DNA of 64,000 bases, taken from NCBI GenBank assembly GCA_041738755.1, contig JBGSPE010000007.1, positions 13,079 through 77,078 of the forward strand, written 5' to 3'. Each line of letters begins with the position of its first letter. Positions within the stretch are counted from its first letter, which is position 1. Shown in pieces: positions 39,354-48,798 of this stretch. Below the pieces are notes generated by a model, which was not told where the DNA came from, did not search any database, and saw only the letters and a program-made list of their open reading frames with translations. The position numbers were made by a program, and so were the translations under genes. The DNA comes from Minisyncoccia bacterium (GTDB lineage Bacteria > Patescibacteriota > Minisyncoccia > Phycocordibacterales > UBA918).

Positions 39354-40283
39354 TTACTTGGTTTTTAGCGTCACGTAGATGTCTTCAAGAGCCCGGACAG
39401 CGTCTCCGGCTGCAATGTTGTTTTGGTGGTATTTCACGTTGGTACAGTCTCCAGCGGCCCAGATATTATTCGCGGACGTTTTCTGAGTCCACGGGTCAAT
39501 GGCGATGCGCTTGTAGTCGTCTAAGGCAACAATATCACTCACAAAGTCCGTGTTCGGGAGCATACCAATCTCCACAAAAATACCAGTGACGTTGAGGGTG
39601 TGGAGTTCACCAGTGAGCTTATCCTTGTAGGTGAGGCCTGACACAAATTTATCACCGTGTATTTCAGTTGTCTCAGTGTTTGTAATACCTCGCATGTTAG
39701 GGTGTGAGAGTACCTTTTCAACTGTGACCGGGTCGGCTTTATACGCCGGACCATTATTCAAGAGCGTTACGCTTTTGGTGTAGGCGAGTAACTGAGCTGC
39801 TGTTTCAAAGCCAGCATTACCACCACCAATCACCACTACATCTTGTCCAGCAAAGAGTGGTCCGTCGCAGGAGGCACAGTAGGTAAGACCTTTGTGTTCA
39901 AACATGTCGGCGTTGAGAGCTGTCAGACGACGACGATTTGAACCTGCTGTAAGTAGTACCGCTAACGCTTCTTGTGTCGTGCCGTCCGATAGGGAGGCGA
40001 GATACGTACCAGCTTCAGTCTTTTCTACTTTCACTACGGTTTGACCACTCACGATATCGACACAGTCTCCTGCGTACGTTTCAAGGTGGGTGCGGAGACT
40101 CTTGGCGAGATCGTCACCACTAATGTGTGGACTACCAATCCAGTTTTGGATATCAGGTGAGACGGTACTTTGACCACCCCATTCTTTCGTAACGAATAAG
40201 GTACGGAGTTGCTTTCTAGAGGCGTAGACACCAGCGGCAGTACCGGCTGGTCCACCACCGATAATAATCAGATCGTAAGTCAT
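39354..40283 (-). CDS. trxB: Thioredoxin reductase-like flavoprotein (TrxB/AhpF C-terminal type)
   Basis: GGGPAG, YCASCDGP, GGGNAG, AAGD. Confidence 0.85.
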   Translation of the reverse strand: MTYDLIIIGGGPAGTAAGVYASRKQLRTLFVTKEWGGQSTVSPDIQNWIGSPHISGDDLAKSLRTHLETYAGDCVDIVSGQTVVKVEKTEAGTYLASLSDGTTQEALAVLLTAGSNRRRLTALNADMFEHKGLTYCASCDGPLFAGQDVVVIGGGNAGFETAAQLLAYTKSVTLLNNGPAYKADPVTVEKVLSHPNMRGITNTETTEIHGDKFVSGLTYKDKLTGELHTLNVTGIFVEIGMLPNTDFVSDIVALDDYKRIAIDPWTQKTSANNIWAAGDCTNVKYHQNNIAAGDAVRALEDIYVTLKTK

Positions 40284-40429
40284 TTTTGAAATATTAATGT
40301 AAACGTGAATAGTATACCAGATTGTTTGAAGATGTAAAGTTAACTGTACATGTGTATCTTCAGGTATCGTCATATTTGATTTAACAAAACCGCTAGAAAG
40401 CGGTTTTGTTTGGTGTGTAGAGGTTGGTA

Positions 40430-40605
40430 GGAACCGGTCACGAGTTACTAACCAAAATATTTATTTTATTATAAATATTTTGCTAAGTACTCGCGACCCC
40501 AGCTCGCTGTTCAGTGCGGCGGGCCAGAGCCGCACTTCACAACGCTCCGCTTCGCAGTTCCGTCAAAGCTTATTTAAGCTTTGACCTTCTTAAGAAGGCC
40601 GGAAC
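40430..40605. mobile_element. Miniature hairpin element at the ftsZ 3' end
   Basis: GGTCACGAG...CTCGCGACCCC stem and TTCACAACGCTC shared with the tRNA-Leu/Lys elements; inverted copy of the ftsZ end. Confidence 0.5.
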
Positions 40606-41793
40606 GGCGCCCCAGTCGTCTTCGTCATCGGTGTCGTCTTGTTGATCAACTGGTTTTGGATCACGCTTTGGGATGTCGTGTACATTTGGGGTGGGTTCAG
40701 GAATTCTTGTTTCATCAGCTTTACGTGGAAGTGAGTTGAAGATTTTTCCGCGGTTTACTGGTTCAGCTTCTACCTCTGGCTCTGGTTCATTTTGGATACT
40801 TGGTGCTCGACGAGCAATATGACTCCGGGCAGCCGCTTCTTCGGGGAAGCCGGTAGCGATAACCGTTACCTTGATTTCATTCTTCTTCAACTTGTCGTCC
40901 TTGATAGCTCCAAAGATAACCTTAGCTTGTGAGTCGATTGATTCGGTAATCACACGAGCAGCATCTTGGATTTCAAGCATTCCGAGGTCATCGCCCCCAG
41001 CAATCGCAAAGAGGACGCCCTTGGCTCCCGTGATAGAAACTTCAAGGAGTGGGGAATTGATAGCACTTCGAGCTGCTTCTTCGGCTCGCTTTTCACCTGA
41101 TGAGACACCGACACCCATAAGGGCTGAACCAGCATTCTCCATAACGCTTCGAATGTCAGCGAAGTCGACGTTGATGATACCAGGCATGGTAATAAGGTCT
41201 GAGATACCCTCAACTGCTTGTTTCAAGACATTGTCACACTGCTCAAAAGCATTACGTACGGTAGTTTCCTTATCAACGATAGCAAGGAGTCGGTCATTTG
41301 GAATGGTGATGAGGGCATCTACTTCTTTCTTGAGTTCCTCGATACCTTGGAGAGCCAGTCGCATTCGTTCTTGTCCTTCAAACAAAAATGGCTTGGTGAC
41401 AACAGCAATCGTAAGCGCTCCGCTCTCGCGAGCAATCTTAGCTACAACCGGTGCTGAACCAGTTCCGGTTCCACCACCCATACCTCCGGTAATAAAGATC
41501 ATATCTGACCCCTTGATTGCATTAGCGATTTCTTCACGAGTTTCCTCTGCGGCGCGACGACCCATGTCAGGGTTACCACCAGCTCCGAGTCCTCGAGTAA
41601 GATTTTTACCAATGTGAATTTTTTTCTTCGCGAGTGAGTGATGGAGATCTTGTGCGTCACTGTTGATAGCAATGAACTCCACTCCTTTCACTTTTGAAGA
41701 CACCATGTGATTGACGGCGTTCTTTCCAGAACCACCAACACCCACCACACGAATGCGGGCGAAGGATTCAACGTCTGATTTTATTTGTTCCAT
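40570..41793 (-). CDS. ftsZ: Cell division protein FtsZ
   Basis: [18 protein letters not shown]-terminal VPAFLRR. Confidence 0.98.
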   Translation of the reverse strand: MEQIKSDVESFARIRVVGVGGSGKNAVNHMVSSKVKGVEFIAINSDAQDLHHSLAKKKIHIGKNLTRGLGAGGNPDMGRRAAEETREEIANAIKGSDMIFITGGMGGGTGTGSAPVVAKIARESGALTIAVVTKPFLFEGQERMRLALQGIEELKKEVDALITIPNDRLLAIVDKETTVRNAFEQCDNVLKQAVEGISDLITMPGIINVDFADIRSVMENAGSALMGVGVSSGEKRAEEAARSAINSPLLEVSITGAKGVLFAIAGGDDLGMLEIQDAARVITESIDSQAKVIFGAIKDDKLKKNEIKVTVIATGFPEEAAARSHIARRAPSIQNEPEPEVEAEPVNRGKIFNSLPRKADETRIPEPTPNVHDIPKRDPKPVDQQDDTDDEDDWGAVPAFLRRSKLK

Positions 41794-41942
41794 ACAGAAT
41801 AATTACTAAGTTCCATTTCTTCTACCGATACCCACCCCTGAGTACGAGTAGTCTTATAACCTAGCTATCATACACGTCATAAAATTATCTGTCACCATAT
41901 TGACAGACCTGACTTCTGTGTAATTGACAAAAGTATAAAATG

Positions 41943-43112
41943 TTATGGAAGAAACTGACTGAGCCAAGAAACGAGGCTTCGTTTTGTATGTTTTACAATC
42001 CCGATAGTAGAAGCTTCTTCGGTGTCACTGGCACCCCACATACAGAGGCCGTACGCGACTGCCCAAGAGGCATCTTTTACTTTGAGATTTTTTCCAATTT
42101 CCAAGGTGGCGGTTCGGGCAGGGAGGGAGAGAGATGTTTTGGCAACCTCAACTACTTGTGGGTGGTTTGATCCGCCCCCGGTCAAGATAACGCCTGCAGG
42201 TAATAACCCATCACGTTTGATTTTTTTCAAATGATTATCGACGAGTCCAAAGATACTCTGTAGTCGCTCTGTCACAATTTCGTCAACCCGCTTCTTAGAG
42301 AAGGTGGCGCTTGTCATTGCTCCGCGCTTAATCTTCTCTGCGTCTTCTAGGGTGACACGTAAGCCGAGAGCAATATCATTCGTGATGTCAGTGGAACCAA
42401 CAGGGAAGATTTTGAGAGAGATTGGAGTAGTGTCTTCAAAGATAACGATGGAGGTTGTCTCAGCTCCAATGTTAGCCAGGATACAACCAGCACGCTTTTG
42501 GGCTTTTGAAAGAAGGACAAAGCTGGCCGCGAGTGGGGAAGCAATCACATCTTCCACATACACTCCAAGGCTTTCGATAGTTTTTATGAGGTCATTAACA
42601 TGCTGTTCAAAGGTGGTGATGAAAAGACTATCGACTTCTAGTTTGGTACCACGAAGACCTTGTGGGCGTCCCATGACCGGTCTCCCGTCGATGCTGTGGC
42701 GAAGGGGGATACCGTGAAGGATGCGACGATTGGGAATGTTATCCATCACCCGGTCCTCACTATCTTGCATGAGCTTTTCAAGATCAGATGAGGTAATCTC
42801 TGAATCTGCTCGTGCTGGGATAATTTCACCATGAGAGTAGACTTCCTCAAGACCGATGCTCCCAATAGCCACGTGAGCTCGCTTCACAACCACACCAGCG
42901 GCCTTCTCAGCCTGTGCGAGGGCGCTTTTGATACTTCGGGCCACATCGCCTTCTTGCATGATGTAGCCGCTCTTGAGGCCGCGACTCTCAGCTAAGCCAG
43001 TACCGATGATTTCCGGCTTGGCTTGGCTTCCGGCGTTTCTAGGTAGGCGAGCAATCGCCACTTTTACATGGAAGGTTCCTACATCGATACCGGTGATAAT
43101 ATGATCTGACAT
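41943..43112 (-). CDS. ftsA: Cell division protein FtsA
   Basis: GIDVGT, ITNDIALGL...AEKIK, LTGGG; upstream of ftsZ. Confidence 0.92.
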   Translation of the reverse strand: MSDHIITGIDVGTFHVKVAIARLPRNAGSQAKPEIIGTGLAESRGLKSGYIMQEGDVARSIKSALAQAEKAAGVVVKRAHVAIGSIGLEEVYSHGEIIPARADSEITSSDLEKLMQDSEDRVMDNIPNRRILHGIPLRHSIDGRPVMGRPQGLRGTKLEVDSLFITTFEQHVNDLIKTIESLGVYVEDVIASPLAASFVLLSKAQKRAGCILANIGAETTSIVIFEDTTPISLKIFPVGSTDITNDIALGLRVTLEDAEKIKRGAMTSATFSKKRVDEIVTERLQSIFGLVDNHLKKIKRDGLLPAGVILTGGGSNHPQVVEVAKTSLSLPARTATLEIGKNLKVKDASWAVAYGLCMWGASDTEEASTIGIVKHTKRSLVSWLSQFLP

Positions 43113-43122
43113 TACGTGTGTA

Positions 43123-43503
43123 TTAGGTTATCCGAAATCGCTTCAGATATTTTTTTTCCTGTGCATCCATTGTATCCCCATGGTCCAAGCCTTTCAAATG
43201 TAAGAGGCCGTGGATAAAGAGAAAGGCAATGTATCCGTCAACACTTAAATTAAAATTCTTGGCTTCTTTCTTGGCAACAGTCGGGCAAATATAGACCTCA
43301 CCGACAGTTGGGGTAAGAGGGAATGAGAGAACGTTAGGAACGTAGTCTTTTTGACGATATGCTTGATTAAGCTGCTTGGCTTTGGTGGCACCGATAAAGG
43401 TAAGGCTCACTTCATACCGTTTACCCATAATCGTATCCTTCATAGCGAGAAACGGCTGTGTGGGAGTATAGGCGACGGTGCTGGTAATAATAAGAGATGA
43501 CAT
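43123..43503 (-). CDS. ybeY: rRNA maturation endoribonuclease YbeY
   Basis: LNQAYRQKD..PNVLSF, HGLLHLKGLDH. Confidence 0.92.
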   Translation of the reverse strand: MSSLIITSTVAYTPTQPFLAMKDTIMGKRYEVSLTFIGATKAKQLNQAYRQKDYVPNVLSFPLTPTVGEVYICPTVAKKEAKNFNLSVDGYIAFLFIHGLLHLKGLDHGDTMDAQEKKYLKRFRIT

Positions 43504-43574
43504 AGGTGTGCGTACCATTATACACGGGCCTGAAATCAAAAAAACCGCTCATGTGATTATGAGCGGTTTTTTCT

Positions 43575-43817
43575 TTAACGTCGTGGTCGGAATTCTTGAA
43601 TCTTTCCGAGTTTGACCAACTTTTCGTAGGTAACTCGTTTTACAAGTTTTTTGAGTTTTGCTGTCCGTTGGACATTGCGACTCTTAATTCTTGTGTGGTA
43701 TCGACCACTTCGAACTTTTGGAACGATACCCGCTCCCTGGACGCGCTTGGTGAACCGTCGAATGACGTTTGCGCTACTTTCGTTATTGTTTTTAACGACT
43801 TGAACATTGGTTGCCAT
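43575..43817 (-). CDS. rpsU: Ribosomal protein bS21 (CPR-type)
   Basis: VQVVKNNNESSANVIRRFTKRV, very basic. Confidence 0.7.
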   Translation of the reverse strand: MATNVQVVKNNNESSANVIRRFTKRVQGAGIVPKVRSGRYHTRIKSRNVQRTAKLKKLVKRVTYEKLVKLGKIQEFRPRR

Positions 43818-43863
43818 ATGTGGCCAAGAGCATATCACTTACTACAAATATACGCAAGGGGCT

Positions 43864-45030
43864 CTAAGCGACTACAGGACTTTTCCGCTTGAGACGCTTC
43901 AAAAGAGTGTCATGGTCAACGTACTCTTGATTACGGACGTTCATATCACGGAGGATGACGGTATTATCAACAAATTCTTTTTGACCAATAATCAAGGTGT
44001 ATCGAACACCTCTCGCCTCCGCTTCTCGTAATTGGGTTGAGAGTGAGTCACTCGCGAGGTTGTGGAATACCGGTATACCAGCTCGACGTAAGGTATCAAT
44101 GAGCATCAGGCTGCGAATTTTTGGACCAAAACCTAGTTGGACAACAAACACCGCTGGAGTGGTTGTTTTTGGCCTTGGGACACGAGCTGGAGCTTTGTTG
44201 TTCTTGAAGACAATAACAGCACCTACTCCTGGAGTCTTGGTCCGCGTCGTTCGTTGTAAGAATTCATTGAAGCGACCACCCTTGATACTGAGTGGAGCAG
44301 GAGATCCGTCTTCAGTAACGATATCAACTGAAAAGATAGCGTCTGAGTAGCACTCATGATGAGCCATCATTTTTGGATCAATCTCATACGGTGTTTCACT
44401 CATATCGAGGTATTCGATAATTTCACGGAAATGTTTACGACTAGGGTCGCTCAAATATTCCAGCGGACTTGGACTGCGACTCGCCATATCATGTTCGATT
44501 TCAATCAGGTGAGAAAGGGCACTGAGTGGGTGTTCTTTCATGAGCTCTCGAGCAGTACTTGGCATCGTATCAAGTCGCTTCTTGAGATAGTTGGTGAGTT
44601 CTCTCGTGTATCGTGTCAGTGAGTCTTTGTCACCGAGGGAGTTGATGCGTACGGTGTGGTCGGTGTGACCAAGTTCGGTGGCTAGCGCTCGTGAAGCTTG
44701 GATGAGAATCGCTTCTGCAATGCTTCGTTCAACATTAAAAATATGGAACGTAACTGCCGGTTCGCCGGTGCGTGGTGTTTGCTCGAGAGAATAGAGGAGG
44801 ACTGGTCGGCCAAGGGCATGGAGTCGTTCATCACAATATGTCACCACCCCGTTACTCAGAAGTCCGCCGTGAGCATCAGTCTTTTTGTTTGTAGCAGTAA
44901 CAGTGTGCGGAATAGTTGTAATACAATCTTTGCATTCAGGTTCTTTGCGTAGTTGCTCAATGGTCTGAAAGCCGAAGTGTTCAGCGGTAGCGTGGGCGAC
45001 TTTTAGAAATTCGGTGGGAGAGTATGACAT
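43864..45030 (-). CDS. HisRS-like paralogue with degenerate catalytic domain and HGTP anticodon-binding domain
   Basis: RINSLGD, GGRF, QLREAE...LIIGQKE...ILRDM; canonical LRPE and RYERPQ motifs absent. Confidence 0.75.
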   Translation of the reverse strand: MSYSPTEFLKVAHATAEHFGFQTIEQLRKEPECKDCITTIPHTVTATNKKTDAHGGLLSNGVVTYCDERLHALGRPVLLYSLEQTPRTGEPAVTFHIFNVERSIAEAILIQASRALATELGHTDHTVRINSLGDKDSLTRYTRELTNYLKKRLDTMPSTARELMKEHPLSALSHLIEIEHDMASRSPSPLEYLSDPSRKHFREIIEYLDMSETPYEIDPKMMAHHECYSDAIFSVDIVTEDGSPAPLSIKGGRFNEFLQRTTRTKTPGVGAVIVFKNNKAPARVPRPKTTTPAVFVVQLGFGPKIRSLMLIDTLRRAGIPVFHNLASDSLSTQLREAEARGVRYTLIIGQKEFVDNTVILRDMNVRNQEYVDHDTLLKRLKRKSPVVA

Positions 45031-45041
45031 GAACAAATTGA

Positions 45042-45662
45042 TTATTCTTGACTAGTAACTGCTTCGTCTTCAATGGCTCCGGGTAAAAACTCAATCATCG
45101 TCGGCGGGAAGAGTCTGAGCCACGCGCGGCCGACGATTCTATCCTCCTGGAGGACGCCCCAGCTGCGAGAGTCAGAGCTCTCGCCTCGATTGTCACCCAT
45201 GACAAAGTATTCACGTTCACCCAAGGTCTCCATGAGTGGAGCAGCCGGTGGCATCAGTTCAATATATGGTTCATCTAGGATATAACCTTCAGGATCAGCT
45301 TCATTACTAATGCGAACTTGACCGTTTTCGATAGTAATAGTATCTCCCGGGAGACCAATCACCCGCTTAATAAAGAATTTTGAGGGGTCACGCGGGTACC
45401 GGAAGATAATCACTTCGCCTCGAACCGGGTCATTAAAGTAATGAGTCACTTGGTCAACGATAAGGTACTCGCCAGTATGAAAGGTTTGTTCCATGGATGC
45501 GCCAGAGACGATAAATGGTTGAGCAATAAACATTCGGATTGGGATAACAATCAAAATAGCAATAAGGGAGAAGCGGACGATTTCTAAGAAGGGATGAGGT
45601 TCTCGATGGTTGAGTGATTCTTCATCAATTGAATCAGTTTTTTTGTTAGAGAATAGCTGCAT
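45042..45662 (-). CDS. lepB: Signal peptidase I
   Basis: SGASME, FIKRVIGLPGD, GDNR..SSDSR. Confidence 0.95.
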   Translation of the reverse strand: MQLFSNKKTDSIDEESLNHREPHPFLEIVRFSLIAILIVIPIRMFIAQPFIVSGASMEQTFHTGEYLIVDQVTHYFNDPVRGEVIIFRYPRDPSKFFIKRVIGLPGDTITIENGQVRISNEADPEGYILDEPYIELMPPAAPLMETLGEREYFVMGDNRGESSDSRSWGVLQEDRIVGRAWLRLFPPTMIEFLPGAIEDEAVTSQE

Positions 45663-45768
45663 AGCGATTAGTAATGAGCATTATACGCAATAAAAAATAC
45701 GAACACAAATTTTGTGGAAAATGTGTGTCTCACTACGCGTCAGGAAGTTTTTTGTGTACAATACTTTT

Positions 45769-46356
45769 ATGTATTATCTTGTTGGGCTCGGGAACCCTGG
45801 TGAAAAATATCAGGACACGCGACACAATGTGGGGTGGCAGATTCTCGACTCTATTTGCGAGAAAGCTTCTCTGCCAGAAGCACTGCTGCAGAAGCAGCTG
45901 AGTGGTCGAGCAACGAGTGGCAAAATCGCTGGACAACTTGTCTCAGTGCTCTACCCAGATACCTTTATGAATAATTCTGGCAGTGCAGTGGTGAAATTAC
46001 TTCCAAGAGACGAGATGGAACGATTGATTGTAATTCATGATGACATCGACTTACCACTTGGTGAGCTGCGGCTCGCGAAAGGAAGAGGGGATGGTGGTAA
46101 TAACGGGATTAAATCCATTATTGATAAAACAGGAACAAAAGAATTTATCCGCATGCGGATTGGGATCGCTCCTCGGAGCTTATTTACTGGTGCAGTGAAG
46201 CGACCAAAGGGCGGAGGACCGCTTGAACGGTTTGTCTTGAAGTCGTTTACCAGAAGTGAAATGGCGAAGCTTGAAATAGTAAAGGAGTCTGCCTATCTTG
46301 CCTTGCAAGAACTTCTTAAAAACGGCCTTCAAAGTGCAATGAATAAATATAATTAG
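45769..46356 (+). CDS. pth: Peptidyl-tRNA hydrolase
   Basis: VGLGNPG..Y..TRHNVG, TFMNNSG, IHDDIDLP, GGNNG. Confidence 0.95.
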   Translation: MYYLVGLGNPGEKYQDTRHNVGWQILDSICEKASLPEALLQKQLSGRATSGKIAGQLVSVLYPDTFMNNSGSAVVKLLPRDEMERLIVIHDDIDLPLGELRLAKGRGDGGNNGIKSIIDKTGTKEFIRMRIGIAPRSLFTGAVKRPKGGGPLERFVLKSFTRSEMAKLEIVKESAYLALQELLKNGLQSAMNKYN

Positions 46357-46389
46357 TGGGCATCTCGATGTGTTTTTGATGAGTAACTA

Positions 46390-46422
46390 AAAAGTGGCCA
46401 GAGCAGTGCTCTGGCCACTTTT
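46390..46422. terminator. Bidirectional terminator
   Basis: AAAAGTGGCCAGAGC/GCTCTGGCCACTTTT inverted repeat. Confidence 0.8.
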
Positions 46423-46427
46423 ACGAC

Positions 46428-46556
46428 TTAGTCGTGGTAACCACCTTGATCACCCTGGTAGTAACCTGAGTTCCTGTCACGGTTTGTCTGGTTATTTTGG
46501 GTTTTCTGCGTGGTTTGTGTGGGTTCCGAATTTATTCGCTTTTCAAGATCAGGCAT
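46428..46556 (-). CDS. 42-aa Q/N/T/G/Y-rich microprotein (not in ORF track)
   Basis: GAAGGAGA SD 6 nt before ATG; MPDLEKRINSEPTQTTQKTQNNQTNRDRNSGYYQGDQGGYHD*; terminator immediately after. Confidence 0.55.
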   Translation of the reverse strand: MPDLEKRINSEPTQTTQKTQNNQTNRDRNSGYYQGDQGGYHD

Positions 46557-46743
46557 GCCTCTTCTCCTTCCAAAAAATAGTAGCACACATTCACATTCTG
46601 CCTAGGCCGGTCCTAGAGAGTTTAAGAATGTCTTAAATCTTCCAAGTGCAAGGCGACAAAACAAAAAGCCGCGAATGGGACGAGTTGTCCAGTGAGCGGC
46701 TTTTTGTTGCGGTCAACGCAGCAATCGGAGATTTTAGACCTTC

Positions 46744-47841
46744 TTACGCTTCGTTCGCTTCTTTGTATGACAGTGTCATCTTCTGATCGTTTGGTTCGAA
46801 GAGGGTAATCTTGAACTTGTAGACAGAACCGAGTGAGAGATTGCTCTTGAGCTTCTCTTCGGTTTCAAATTCTGATACGTGTACGAGACCAGCAACTCCT
46901 TCTTCGATTGAGGCCAAAGCACCATGCTTGTTGTACTTAATAACAACCGCATCAACCACCTGGTCCTTCTTGAACTTCTTAGACGCTGACACCCATGGGT
47001 TTTCCTTGAGTTGTTTGATTGAAAGAGAAATTTTGTCATCCTTCACTTCAATCACCTTGACTGATACCTGGTCACCAACGCTGAAGAGCGACTTCGTATC
47101 TTCAACAAGACCCCAGTCAATTTCTGAAATGTGTACCAACCCTTCAAGACCCGGTTCAAGCTTAACGAATACGCCAAAGTCCACCGCACCGGTGACTTCA
47201 CCAGCCACAATTGAACCAACTTCGTACTTGTTAACCTTTTCACCCTTCTCTTCTTTTTCTTGGAGGCTCTTTTCAGAGAAGATGAGTTTGTGTTCTTTCT
47301 GGTCTGCTGTAATCATCACGACTGAAAGATGCTTACCAATGAGGTCATTGAGGGCGGTGAGGATTTTATCCTTATCACCGTCTGAAACTCGTGGGTAATT
47401 TTCAGCAGAGAGTTGTGAAGCTGGGAGGAATCCTTGGATACCTTGCCATTCAATAATAAGTCCGCCCTTGTTAGCGTCTTTCACTTCAAGACTCATGACA
47501 TTACCTTTCTTCACTGCTTCTTCAGCATCAGCCCAGATGAGGGCTTGTCGCGCTTCTTTGAGTGAAAGTTCGATGTAGCCATCTTCATTTTCGGTACTCA
47601 CCACCTTTGAAGCGATGGTGTCGCCTGGAGATACTTTGCGGAGAATATCACGAGCATTCATGTATTCACGTCCATAGATAAGACCAGTACCGTATGGTGG
47701 TACATCGATGTATACGCGGGCTCGGCCCACAGCTGATACAGTTCCTTCAACAATTTGTCCATCTACCAATGGGGCAGGGGAATTATCGAGGTAGGTTTGC
47801 ATAATGCTCGGTTGTCCGGCAGTTGCAGTTACTTCTGACAT
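46744..47841 (-). CDS. rpsA: Ribosomal protein bS1 (four S1 domains)
   Basis: IELSLK, GFLPASQL, FGVFV..EGLVHISE, GLVHVSE; start at ATG 47841. Confidence 0.9.
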   Translation of the reverse strand: MSEVTATAGQPSIMQTYLDNSPAPLVDGQIVEGTVSAVGRARVYIDVPPYGTGLIYGREYMNARDILRKVSPGDTIASKVVSTENEDGYIELSLKEARQALIWADAEEAVKKGNVMSLEVKDANKGGLIIEWQGIQGFLPASQLSAENYPRVSDGDKDKILTALNDLIGKHLSVVMITADQKEHKLIFSEKSLQEKEEKGEKVNKYEVGSIVAGEVTGAVDFGVFVKLEPGLEGLVHISEIDWGLVEDTKSLFSVGDQVSVKVIEVKDDKISLSIKQLKENPWVSASKKFKKDQVVDAVVIKYNKHGALASIEEGVAGLVHVSEFETEEKLKSNLSLGSVYKFKITLFEPNDQKMTLSYKEANEA

Positions 47842-47990
47842 ATTATTATTTATGTATTTATTCCGACGACACGCGTCTGCACAACCTTGTCGCAAGGGTG
47901 GAAGAATCTCTGTGAGATTCTTCCACCCGGCCATAGTTCGTGAGTGCAGGGTTAAACGTGTGTCGCGAGAAACTATTAAACCTTTCGGTG
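47842..47990 (-). promoter_or_regulatory. Structured 5' leader of rpsA
   Basis: CGACAC/GTGTCG and CTGCAC/GTGCAG stems enclosing a 15-bp perfect hairpin GGGTGGAAGAATCTC/GAGATTCTTCCACCC; -10 TATATT at 48001-47996. Confidence 0.6.
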
Positions 47991-48119
47991 CGTGCAATAT
48001 ACCAGAATACGATTATTTGTCTACTCTAATGATGGTCAAAATAAAAAGCCCTTAGGCAGAGGTGGTTGTACCTCTATCTAAGGGCCACGGCGTTTCTGCC
48101 GATTTTTATTCAACTCCAT

Positions 48120-48245
48120 TCAGCTTCGCTGGTGATCAGGCGGATTGTTCACCATATCGCCCATTTGGTCTGGTACCAACTTTCCATAATCGATATCATT
48201 TACGTTGCGATACTTATTATCATCTGGTTCATTGGAAGCGTACAT
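48120..48245 (-). CDS. 41-aa acidic N/D-rich microprotein (not in ORF track)
   Basis: TTGACT-16-TAACAT promoter (48303-48276), GAAAGG SD, MYASNEPDDNKYRNVNDIDYGKLVPDQMGDMVNNPPDHQRS*, terminator 48085-48043. Confidence 0.55.
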   Translation of the reverse strand: MYASNEPDDNKYRNVNDIDYGKLVPDQMGDMVNNPPDHQRS

Positions 48246-48314
48246 GTTGAGACCTTTCTAGAACTACGGCTCACTATGTTACGGTTTCAGTATAAAAAGT
48301 CAATAATATTAATA

Positions 48315-48798
48315 GAAAACGCCACCCAGAAATTGAGTGGACGTGTGGAATGTCTGAGGGGAGTCATTTGCAAACTGCTTTCAGCAAGGCTGACAAGTGT
48401 TTGACGTAATGAATCTCCCCTCATGACCGGGTGAATGCCGTTTCAGGTTCAATGTGTGTCACAGGCGGCAACCAGGACAGGCACCTTACTACTAGAGGCA
48501 AATCAAAGATTGATTTATTTTAAGAACGGATGTTTGGCGCCGTTCCCCCTGCGTACCTAACACTTTAATGGTTAGTTGGACAGAGGGCAAGTCTCTCGCA
48601 TTTTCATGTCGCGGGTTCTCCCGAAAAGTCGACGATTGTGGCGGTGGGCCGGTGTCAGGAATAGAGTTCCTGCCACCGGCCCTGATCCGTGGCGCGCGGT
48701 ATGTCTTTAGCCATGCAGGCAGATAGACATCCGGAGACGGGCGGGGCGCAGTTCGCCGCGACCAAGTGCCTAGGGATCAGCTGTCAAAACAACAGCCC
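48315..48798 (-). ncRNA. Candidate large structured non-coding RNA (~480 nt), unassigned class
   Basis: TTGACA-17-(TGn)TACATT promoter, terminator 48343-48315, no ORF of 60 aa or more inside, more than 10 helices including long-range pairings. Confidence 0.65.

Noticed and set aside
40871-41617. 248-aa antisense ORF (and similar shadows over rpsA, ftsA, gyrA)
   Set aside because: Antisense shadow of a conserved gene caused by codon bias
48062-48404. Plus-strand ORFs 48062-48250 and 48066-48404 (also 49008-49295 and 46394-46636)
   Set aside because: Weak starts, they run through terminators, and the promoter/SD/terminator signals all point to the minus strand
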